Below, piece by piece: positions 1-8,000 of a DNA stretch of 8,000 bases; positions within the stretch are counted from its first letter, which is position 1, and every line of letters begins with the position of its first letter. A program made the position numbers and the translations under genes. The stretch comes from Takakia lepidozioides (taxonomy: Eukaryota; Plantae; Bryophyta), in NCBI GenBank assembly GCA_030704615.1, contig JAKLZA010000184.1, positions 1 through 8,000 of the forward strand, given 5' to 3'. The notes beneath the pieces were generated by a model. The model made no database searches. It was given only the letters and a program-made list of their open reading frames with translations, and was not told where the DNA came from.

Positions 1-475
1 CAGTAGAGGGATGGGCTGCTTCTTCTTCGACTTTGCTGGAGAAGGGCCCGACCCCTGCTGGCGATTCTCCATGACCGAAGAACGCGAGTCGATCTCTGGG
101 ACTTTGAACTTGCCCTTCGAAGACGCGTCTTTGAATCGCAGAGGGCTAGGCCCGGCAGGAATACCCGCGCTCGGGGATCGGGTGGGTGTACGTGCTGCAG
201 CTAGCTCCTCGGACTCTTCCTGCGGCTCTTCGGATTCCTGCGATCCCTCCAGCACGTCCACCTTTCCTGTTAGGCATGCAAACATGTTCTGCATTCAAGT
301 CTCCTAGCATTCAGTCTAAGAATTACAGAAGCAAAATGGGGGGTTCGGTGCTCGATCAGCTGCGCGCAGCCCGATCGCATGGAGCTCTCACTGGTGGCTG
401 GGTTGCCTGAGTGGCCTGCTGCTCGGAGATGGCAATCTCCTCCTGTAAACGCATCTGCTTCCTCCCCTTCGGCAT
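1..475 (-). CDS. Putative 5' part of a spliced gene of unknown function, running off the window start
   Basis: Exon 1 is 475-392 (MPKGRKQMRLQEEIAISEQQATQATQPP), with donor GTGAGA at 391 and acceptor CTAACAG at 267 or AAG at 262. Exon 2 is open to base 1 (VDVLEGSQESEEPQEESEELAAARTPTRSPS...SPAKSKKKQPIPLL). A CT-rich leader lies upstream on the minus strand (~560-625). Confidence 0.45.
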
Positions 476-904
476 TGGCCTACGTCCGAAGTATAATTTC
501 CGGAGCTTGCGACGAGGTCGCCTGGCTGGTGCACGAACTCCCCCCTCTCAGGTTCGAGCATAAGAAGAACAGAGAGAGGGAAAAGGGCCAAAGAGTGCAG
601 ATGGAAAGGGCGCGAGAGGGGTGACTGAGGAGACACGACAAAAGTAGATGAAACGGCGGTGATGCACCACTTGGGTTCGAAAGGGTTGGACGAAAGTGTC
701 TCCTCGGGGAGTTTGCGTCATTACGAAATTCGAATCGTTGAGGGTACGCCTGCCGTCCGAAAAACAAACATCATTATCGAACGATCAGGCCGCGCCGCCT
801 CATGCCCCTTCAGTCAGATAGAGTGCCGACATGTGCAGCAATTCCGTTGCTCCACGTGTTCACATTTCAAGGTATTTCCGTCCCAGCGTCTGATCAGTTG
901 GAGC

Positions 905-2616
905 GAAAATGCGAATGCGGCGCCGCATTTCCGTTAAGTACGATCACTCTGCTACACATCCGTACTTGTTGGAAGAAAATGCGGCACCGCATTTCCGTTC
1001 CACCTTCACATACCTTAGTTGTTGAACGGAAATACGGTGCCGCATTTCCGTCCCACAGCTCCAAGTATGAGATTCAAAAGGGAAATGCGGCGCCGCATTT
1101 CCGTTCTGGAATGTCGAAAGGTGCGATTGGGACGGGAATGAGGCACAACATTTCAGTTCCCGTGGTTCATGATTTTCAATGTGAACGGAAATGCGGTACC
1201 GCATTTCCGTTCCCACTTCACATCCGTTAGATGATGAATGGAAATGCCGTGCCACATTTCCGTTCGGGAAAGTATAGAGGTATCACCTGGACAGAAATGC
1301 GGTGCCGCATTTCCGGTCCGGAAAGTTTGAAGGTCTCACATGCATGGAAATGCGGGTACACATTTTCGTAGCACAGCTCCAGGCCCAATATACAAAACGG
1401 AAATGCGGCGCCGCATTTCCGTTCTAGAATGTCGGAAGGTGCGACTCGAACGGAAATGCGGTGCCGGATTTCTGTTCCCGTTGCGCATGATTTTCAGTCA
1501 GAATGGAAATGCGGTACCGCATTTCCGTTCTGTAGAGTATTAACGTCTGACGCTGGCGGAAATTCCGTGCCGCATTTTCGTTCCACAGCTCCATGCCTCA
1601 CATACAAAACGGAAATGCGGCGCCGCATTTCCGTTTGGAATGTCGGAAGGTGCGACTCCCACGGAAATGCGGTACCGCATTTCAGTTCCGAGGTTTCAGG
1701 ATATTTCATCAGAACGGAAATGCGGTGCCGCATTTCCTTTTGAATCTAATACATTCCGTTCTGGAATGTTGGGAGGTGCGACTCGGATGGAAATGCGTTG
1801 CCGCATTTCAATTCCGACGGTTCACGATTTTCAGTCAGAACGGAAATGCGGTACCGCATTTCCGTTCTGAAATGTTGGTAGGTGCGACTCGGATGGAAAT
1901 ACGGTGCCGCATTTTAGTTCAGATGGTTCACGATTTTCAGTCAGAACGGAAATGCGTTGCCGCATTTCCGTTCTGGATAGTATGAATGTCTCAAGCGGTC
2001 GGAATTGCGCTGTATGAAGCTGTCGGAATCGCACTCGGCTCCATGCATCAGATACAAAATGGAAATGCGGCGCCGCATTTCCGTTCTGGAATGTCGAAAA
2101 GTGCGACTCGGACGGAAATGCGGTGCCGCATTTCTGTTCCCGTTGTTCGTAAATCTCAATCAGAACGGAAATGCGGTACCGCATTTCCGTTCCACCTTCA
2201 CATACCGTGCTTGTGGAATGAAAATGCGGTACCGCATTTCCGTTCTGGAGAGTATGAATGTCTTTTAAGGACGGAAATGTGCTGCAGCATTTCAATCCCT
2301 CAGCTCCATGCATCAGATACAAAATGGAAATGCGGCGGCGCTTTTCCGTTCTGAAATGTCGGAAAAGTGCGACTCGGACGGAAATGCGGTGCCGCATTTC
2401 TGTTCCCGTTGTTCATAAATCTGAATCAGAACGGAAATGCGGTACCGCATTTCCGTTCGACCTTCACATACCGCGCTTGCTGGATGGAAATGCGTTACCG
2501 CATTTCCGTTCTGGAGAGTAATAAAGGTTTCCCCGGACGGAAACTCGGTGCCGCATTTCCGTCGCTCTGGTGCATGACCAAGATGCAATACGGAAATGCG
2601 GCGCCGTATTTTCGTC
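905..2616. repeat. Array of ~31 palindromes (AACGGAAATGCGG-NN-CCGCATTTCCGTT) on a 53-bp period with five recurring spacer types
   Basis: Centres at 921, 985, 1038, 1091, 1144, 1197, 1250, 1303, 1356, 1409, 1462, 1515, 1568, 1621, 1673, 1726, 1799, 1852, 1905, 1958, 2071, 2124, 2177, 2230, 2283, 2336, 2390, 2443, 2496, 2549 and 2602. Confidence 0.97.
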
Positions 2617-3042
2617 CACCAGCAATCGAAAGAATCACTCGGGACGGGAAATCTGGAACCTGAATGGGTTGCATTGTTCCGAAACAACACAATTGCGGCC
2701 AGTCTTGATGAGCACAACTTGGTTGTCTGACAGTTTTAACCAGCAGTCCTGGCACTTGTCAGTGCGAACGTTCCTGTCTGCACCGAGAATACTGCTGGAT
2801 CCACCCTCAGGAGAAACTGTCAGGAGATGTTATTTCGTCGCCGAATCGGCCATCATTGTCATACTCACTGGCTATGGAATCAAACCTCCCACCTTCATGC
2901 ATGTAGCTTGAAACAATACTTTCCACTTCAATGTGCAACTTCCAATCGTCGATGGACTCCGCAGATCCACTTAGATGGTGCCTGTGAGCCTTGGTCTGTC
3001 GCTATACTGAACCTCGCACTTGCCAACTCCGTGCGGTGTTCG

Positions 3043-4293
3043 ATGGCTCCGAATTCCTACGCTATAGTTTGCTGTCCTCCGCAACTTGGGAGAGCCTGGA
3101 GCCCAAACGAGGGAGGACTTTGCAGAGTGACTGAAACTTACCTTTGTTCCAAATTCAAGCTCAAACCGGGCACAGTTTATTTGGAAGAAGAAAGGAAGGA
3201 TGTTCCTGGACAGGTTGACGAGACCATTGTCGTGCTAGGTAACGACGGAGGTTGCGGAATCGAATGGCACGTTCCCCCGTCAGACACCATCCTGTACCGA
3301 GCTGTGGGAATGCCCATTCCCTTTCCGAATCAGTCGCTGCCCACACCATCCACAAAGGAGTCCGGAAACCGAGAGGCGGCCACTGCCAACAGAGAGGTAT
3401 GCAACGATAATCATTCCCGACCTGGACCGTCAAGACCCTCCATAGCTTCTCGTGTGGACGTATTCGACATTTCCGACGAGGAAGATGATTGCATTGAGGT
3501 ACCCATGTCCTCCACACGGTCGTTCAAATCCGGCATGGACGTCTCTGTAGGTGCTACGAATGTGCCCTCGAGCATAACTCCAACCCGGTCCATTGTGCAG
3601 CTCCTACGACAACATCACCTCGATGGTTCTCGCTCCGAGCTGGCTGCTCTCGACTATGCCAAATTCCCAGTCAGAAAGGTAACGTTTCTGCCTCCCGAAG
3701 TCGATGGCAATGTCATCTTCGAGTTTCCACCTGTTTCTTCGTCAAAGAAAGCCTCCGGGATGTTAACAGACATGGATCGAAAGCATGACGGACACCCCTG
3801 GTGTGTGACGAAGACCAGTAGCACGAAAATTGCTGATGGTGTTCGTGTACGATATGTCCTCTGTGCGGGGAAGCTGAGGTGCCTCAATCCCACCTGCTTC
3901 CACTTTCTCTCCAAAGGAGGGCGGAGAAACGAGACGGATTGGACTGGCACAACGCATCATCCATTCATTGTCTCCAGCCAAGCTCCTGCGGGTTCTTTCA
4001 AGTGTGCACATTGCAAAGAACCACCAACGTGCATGTCCATGTGCAGAGCCAAGCAATACTACGTTATCCATTTGCTCCCGGACTTGACTAGAGCTTGCAT
4101 ACACGTTGGGGTCCACTGCCACCCCTTGGCGAGAGGCAACATGCGTGAGGCTGTGCAGGAAGCACACGACATCATAAAAGAGGAGGTGAAATTGAGCCCC
4201 GGAGCCAGACCAAAGCAGATTCAGCTGAAGCAGCTCACAAGATTGCTTTTGGCAAAATCATGTCTGAAGATGGTTCCGACCGAGAGCCCTTGA
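3043..4293 (+). CDS. Uninterrupted N-terminal reading frame (416 aa from ATG 3043) containing the GCM-like zinc-binding DNA-binding domain
   Basis: Part of ORF 2827..4293. The segment upstream of ATG 3043 does not look protein-like. The frame probably shifts near 4230, so the last ~20 codons are likely out of the ancestral frame. Confidence 0.65.
   Translation: MAPNSYAIVCCPPQLGRAWSPNEGGLCRVTETYLCSKFKLKPGTVYLEEERKDVPGQVDETIVVLGNDGGCGIEWHVPPSDTILYRAVGMPIPFPNQSLPTPSTKESGNREAATANREVCNDNHSRPGPSRPSIASRVDVFDISDEEDDCIEVPMSSTRSFKSGMDVSVGATNVPSSITPTRSIVQLLRQHHLDGSRSELAALDYAKFPVRKVTFLPPEVDGNVIFEFPPVSSSKKASGMLTDMDRKHDGHPWCVTKTSSTKIADGVRVRYVLCAGKLRCLNPTCFHFLSKGGRRNETDWTGTTHHPFIVSSQAPAGSFKCAHCKEPPTCMSMCRAKQYYVIHLLPDLTRACIHVGVHCHPLARGNMREAVQEAHDIIKEEVKLSPGARPKQIQLKQLTRLLLAKSCLKMVPTESP
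3787..4125 (+). other. GCM-like (WRKY-GCM1 superfamily) zinc DNA-binding domain
   Basis: DGHPW...VRYVLCAGKLRCLNPTC...FKCAHC...MCRAKQY...HVGVHCHP parallels the GCM pattern (GW...CLGVxxC..C...CxxC...C...G-x-H-x-H-P). Recognised by eye, not by HMM. Confidence 0.6.
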
Positions 4294-4558
4294 CCGAAGA
4301 CGAGATGCGGACCTCTTGGAGTCCGTCTCGCACGTTTGTGTCCGATGTGCGGAACACATCGTATCTTGCAAGCAGGAGTTCGGCAGGGGTCGGACATGTA
4401 CTCAATCCTGGAGGTGAAACGAATGACTGGATATGACTACATCCAAGGTAGCAGGTTTCCAGGGCAAGGCAGCGAATCCGATCGTTGTTACATTTTCAAA
4501 ATGTCGACGTGTGGGCCTGGGAGTGGAGTCGACTTGGTCAATCGCATGACAACTGGAC

Positions 4559-5275
4559 TTGTCGAATGCTTGGGTGATGTTTGATCACATCAAGCGAATT
4601 ACAAACCATCAGTGGGTGACTATGGGTGCGCATGTTTATGACTATCACTCCAAGAGGCTCATGACGATTGCAATCTGCGAGATGAAAGGGGAGGACACAG
4701 TCCGAGATGCATCTGTGGGAGGGCATAAACGAGCAGATGGCAAGGGACGGGATTGCCAGAGCCCAATTTCAGGGGATTCATGGCAGACAACGCTCAGGCC
4801 AACTGGGCAACGGTGCGGCGTGTGTACGGTGAGGACCCCCAATGTTCCAATGGAGGGGAAAGAGAGATCCTGTGGATTCCATGGATGCAGAGTCTATCCA
4901 CTACATACCAAATTTGTTGCTAGCTCATTCCAGGCTGAACACCGTGTCCTTTGTACGGCGTGGAAGGATGCACCCACATTTGATGACGCGGAGGTTAAGT
5001 TGCTATCATCGAGGCTTGGTGGAACACGTCAGGTGCAGTGGAGACAACCAATCTGGGAGCATTGCAAGCTGGTTGGGGTGGTGGCATTTTCGGTATCGAC
5101 AGTTCGGACATTACATGCGGGAGGTAGGCTGCTGTCAATTTCGTTCATTTGTCTTTCTGTTACGGACATTTCGATTGGTCCCTCACCATTGTTTGTGTCC
5201 TTCTAGGAGCGGTGCTTGGATTCCGACACGGACATGCCGAACACGAATATGGAGAATCGTCCACTCTCCTGGCGA
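4559..5275 (+). other. MULE DDE catalytic core (split across frames and by an intron)
   Basis: D1 in VMFDH (GAT 4583-4585), D2 in GFMADN (GAC 4786-4788), CxxH as CGFH (4871-4882), and E in PNTNME (5237-5254). This is the order expected for Mutator/IS256-type transposases. Confidence 0.75.
5124..5206 (+). other. 83-nt spliceosomal GT-AG intron, phase 0
   Basis: GAG|GTAGGC...T-rich...TCCTTCTAG|GAG. Removing it joins HYMRE (ORF 4842 frame) in frame to ERCLDSDTDMPNTN (ORF 5216 frame). Confidence 0.8.
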
Positions 5276-6421
5276 GCGTATTCTGCCGCACATTTGGTGG
5301 ACGTAGTGACGGCCACAACGGAGGACATCGACAGAGCAATCATGCAGCAAGCCACGTACTACAAGTTCCTGAGCGGCAAACAATGGGGCTTTGGGCCGGA
5401 CAGGGTAAGAATTGTTGGTACGAACAGCTTCGAGGTCCAAGAATCCAGTGAAATGGGCGACAGCATTGCGAGGAGAAGATCAAAGGGACGCCTCTGCACC
5501 GCAGAGGTGAACACCTAGAGGGACGTCCGGACTCGCCCTGTCAGGCGGAGGATTGAAGAGGAACCCGGGTGGCGAAGAGGATTCCTGGAGATCCGACAGG
5601 AACATTCGGACAGCACTCGAGGTCCCGTCATGTTGCCGCACAATGTGTCTTCCAGCAGGAAGCCCAAGAAATTCCAGATCGCCGTCGCCATTCAACCGGG
5701 GATTTCGTGCAACAAATTCCCACCCGCTCCCTTGCCCCAATTCCGCCCGCTGTTATGCAGTATGGCCAAGCCATGTGGAGACGACTGTGTCTGCATCACA
5801 GTGGAGAATTGCTCGCACAAAGCCGTCGTTTCGAGGAAGGTGTTCCGCAATTCGTGTGGATTCAACGTTGTTTAGAGATGATAAGAGGAACCAGATGGGG
5901 CTGTCCCTGCTCCTACTTTTACAGGAAGATTTGTCCATGGCAAAGTTTGCGGAGGCGACAACACCCAGTTCTGGTTCTGCAGGCACGACATTATGACTCT
6001 TGCGTGTATGGAAAAGCCCAAGTACGGCATACAAACAATTGCCAGAGGCTCCCCCGGTGTGGCCGGGTGGAACCAGGCTGCGATCTGAGTCAGGTTGAGG
6101 CCGACGCCTTACCGCCGCAGGATTTCGGGATGGTTGCAGCGCACTGACGTCCCCAGAGACCCAGAAGAAACCATTTCCGCTTCCACAGCCTCCACCACCG
6201 ACCCTGTGAGAGCAAGAACAATGGGACACGACAGCTCTAAGCATCCTACACACCGTTGGGGGAAAACCGAAGAGCGCGGCGACCTCCTCAAAAGTGAACG
6301 AGACAAGGATGGGGAATGCACTTCGGATGAACTGTACAACCAGAGCTCGACAGAAGTGCCCCCACCAGGATTCGGGCGTTGTGTATCAAATGGCCAAGGC
6401 GGGCTCAGCTGTTCGCATGAG

Positions 6422-6530
6422 GTGTACACCATCACCATTTCAGAATTACCACACCTGCAATTGCACGACTTCAAGATCATGGCGAACAAGGGGCATCATA
6501 CTGCCTTGCAAGCATTTGTACTACGTGTAC
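6422..6530 (+). other. SWIM zinc finger (CxC-xn-CxH)
   Basis: VYTITISE... precedes CNC (6456-6464) and PCKHLYYVY (CKH at 6507-6515). SWIM fingers are typical of MuDR-type transposases. Confidence 0.8.
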
Positions 6531-6890
6531 CTAAAGAGACTCGTTGTAATTCCACAACTCATCACTTCATATACATGCACCAGGGTTGAGCCCCCAGGAG
6601 GTTGACACTCTTCTGAATATGGATCCAGGGGACCAGTGAGCTTGGCTTGCGGTCCACATACAATGGTACGCCCATCCTTTTCGGATAGTAGAACTGTACT
6701 GCTGCCAGTACCTCAGACTCTGGCCACACAAAGGTCCGACATATGTCTTGCCTACCAGTAACCTGTTTTGCTCGAACTAAGATATTACTATATCGTTCAC
6801 TTGTTTCCACGTGCATGTATTTTTGTATGTTGGAGGGTTCATGTTTTTCTGCTTTCCGAAAACTTGCTTTCCTCATTCGACCTCCGACAA

Positions 6891-7967
6891 GGAAATGCGG
6901 CGCCGCATTTCCAAGTATCGTCGTAGGTACCCCCAGAGGCGGCCTTCGCCAACACCAAACCGCTCCAAATTTCGCACGTGCGAACCCTAATGCGGCACCC
7001 TATTTCCCAGTTCAGTTGCAAACCTTTCCCGCCGAATACCCGAAGAAGACAGAATTGTGAAGTACTGCAGACTGTATTGGTGCAGATTCCATTGGTTCAA
7101 TCGCGGCAAAAGGGTCAGCTTCATTCCAATGTTAAGGCATGTAAAACCGCGGAATACTCTATACAGGCCAGTATGCGACGTCCTTTTGCAGTGGTATACT
7201 GGATTTCCCGTTGCACGGTCACTTATTTCCATGAGCGGATCTAAAAAACCATGAGCGGACTTGTTACTGACGACATATCTTCGCCGCATTACATGATCTG
7301 GAACGTCCAAAAACGGCAAGGTCAAATAAAAAACTATTATTTTAATACTTGTTTAATCTGCCGCATTTCCAAATTTGGAGGAGTCCGCTCATGAAATCCG
7401 CGTATCTTAGACTTCGGCTCACCGCTCATGCGGCTCATGCGGCTCATGGCTCATGGCTCATGGTTTCTGCTCATGAAATAGTAAACCTCGTTTGGACATC
7501 AGAAACTGTTCGGACAAACGGAAATGCGGTGTCGTATTTCCGTTTCCGACACGGCAGTTTTGCCGATTGCCAGCTCCTTCCATGGATGTAAATCGAAATG
7601 CGGAGGTCGAACATGGAAATGCGGTGCCGCATTTACCTTTTGGAGATTGACATTTTTCCAACTGCAGACCCATCGATGTTCTTGGGCTCCCCATTCCATG
7701 ATGCTAGACGGGAATGCGGCACCGCATTCCATTGTCCAATAAGAAATTTCGGGACATCGTTGTTTGCCCAATTCCAGACCCTTTCATGGAAATGCGGCAC
7801 CGCATTCCATCGTCCTATAAAAACTTACATTGTCCTGTAAAAACTTTCAATTGCCCGACATGGGAAATGCGGCGCCGCATTTCCAAAACAGCCATCGTTG
7901 TTTGTCCAATTCCACATCCGTGTGGGCATTCCGTCTTGATGGACGGAAATGCGGCACCGCATTCCAT
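6891..7967. repeat. Right-hand dispersed array of the same palindrome
   Basis: Perfect copy at 6891-6912, with further copies centred at 7530, 7625, 7720, 7798, 7873 and 7955, and partial copies near 6990, 7283, 7360 and 7595. Confidence 0.92.
7424..7475. repeat. Short tandem repeat of GCTCATG (7-9 bp units)
   Basis: GCTCATG at 7424, 7433, 7442, 7449, 7456 and 7469, with one more copy at 7387. Confidence 0.9.
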
Positions 7968-8000
7968 TGTCCAATACGATATTTTGATGACGAACATGTA

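Larger units (their letters stand above)
3043..6639 (+). pseudogene. Frameshifted MULE-family DDE transposase (GCM-like domain + DDE core + Cys-rich segment + SWIM)
   Basis: ATG at 3043 (MAPNSY...). Joining frames gives YDYIQGSRFPGQG...FKMSTCGPGSGVDLVNRM / NAWVMFDHIKR...MTIAICEM / GFMADNAQANWATVRRVYG / ERSCGFH / WLGWWHFRYRQFGHYMRE^ERCLDSDTDMPNTNME / CNC-x14-CKHLYYVY / IHAPGLSPQEVDTLLNMDPGDQ* (TGA 6637-6639). Many frame changes occur after ~4230. Confidence 0.8.
905..8000 (+). mobile_element. Mutator-like (MULE) DNA transposon region: transposase flanked by palindrome arrays, ends not defined
   Basis: Transposase motifs (FD, MAD, CxxH, TNxE, SWIM) lie between two arrays of the same palindrome. 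No TIR or TSD boundary was found, and the right array probably runs past the window end. Confidence 0.7.

Noticed and set aside
11-307. Plus-strand Ser-rich 98-aa ORF
   Set aside because: Best explained as the antisense shadow of a Glu-rich minus-strand exon that has splice signals.
905-2616. CRISPR array (28-bp palindromic repeat with ~25-bp spacers)
   Set aside because: Spacers recur as five types instead of being unique, the repeats are variable, no cas genes are present, and the context is eukaryotic with spliceosomal introns.
802-2755. Many overlapping ORFs with GNAAPHFR / EMRRRIS / RKCGAAFP peptides
   Set aside because: These are translations of the palindrome in all six frames, similar on both strands, with no evidence of real coding.
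2827-3042. N-terminal extension of the 488-aa ORF from ATG 2827
   Set aside because: The translation does not look protein-like and is more likely 5' UTR or promoter. ATG 3043 is preferred, though unproven.
3161-4167. Minus-strand ORFs overlapping the main ORF
   Set aside because: They are antisense to a frame with clear zinc-finger motifs and have no independent support.
780-7360. Terminal inverted repeats and target-site duplication
   Set aside because: No convincing long inverted match or flanking direct repeat was found by eye beyond the self-complementary motif. The ends may lie outside the window.
6743-7997. Short ORFs downstream of the transposase
   Set aside because: They have no recognisable motifs, and several are simply translations of the palindrome.

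Overview
Eukaryotic, intron-containing DNA. The centre (3043-6639, + strand) is a frameshifted Mutator/MULE-type DDE transposase gene. It has an intact N-terminal ORF carrying a GCM/WRKY-like zinc DNA-binding domain, a D-D-(CxxH)-E core interrupted by an 83-nt GT-AG intron, a further Cys-rich segment and a C-terminal SWIM finger. Both sides carry copies of one palindrome, GGAAATGCGG-NN-CCGCATTTCC. On the left (905-2616) about 31 copies sit on a near-strict 53-bp period, separated by five recurring spacer types that form a ~265-bp higher-order repeat. On the right (6891-7967) the copies are more loosely spaced with unrelated spacers. The half-site ATGCGG resembles the GCM recognition motif ATGCGGG(T/C), which suggests a GCM-domain transposase paired with its own helically phased binding-site arrays. 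The first ~475 bp probably hold the 5' end of a divergently transcribed, spliced minus-strand gene. No TIR ends or target-site duplication could be identified. Domain calls come from motif recognition by eye, not from database searches.
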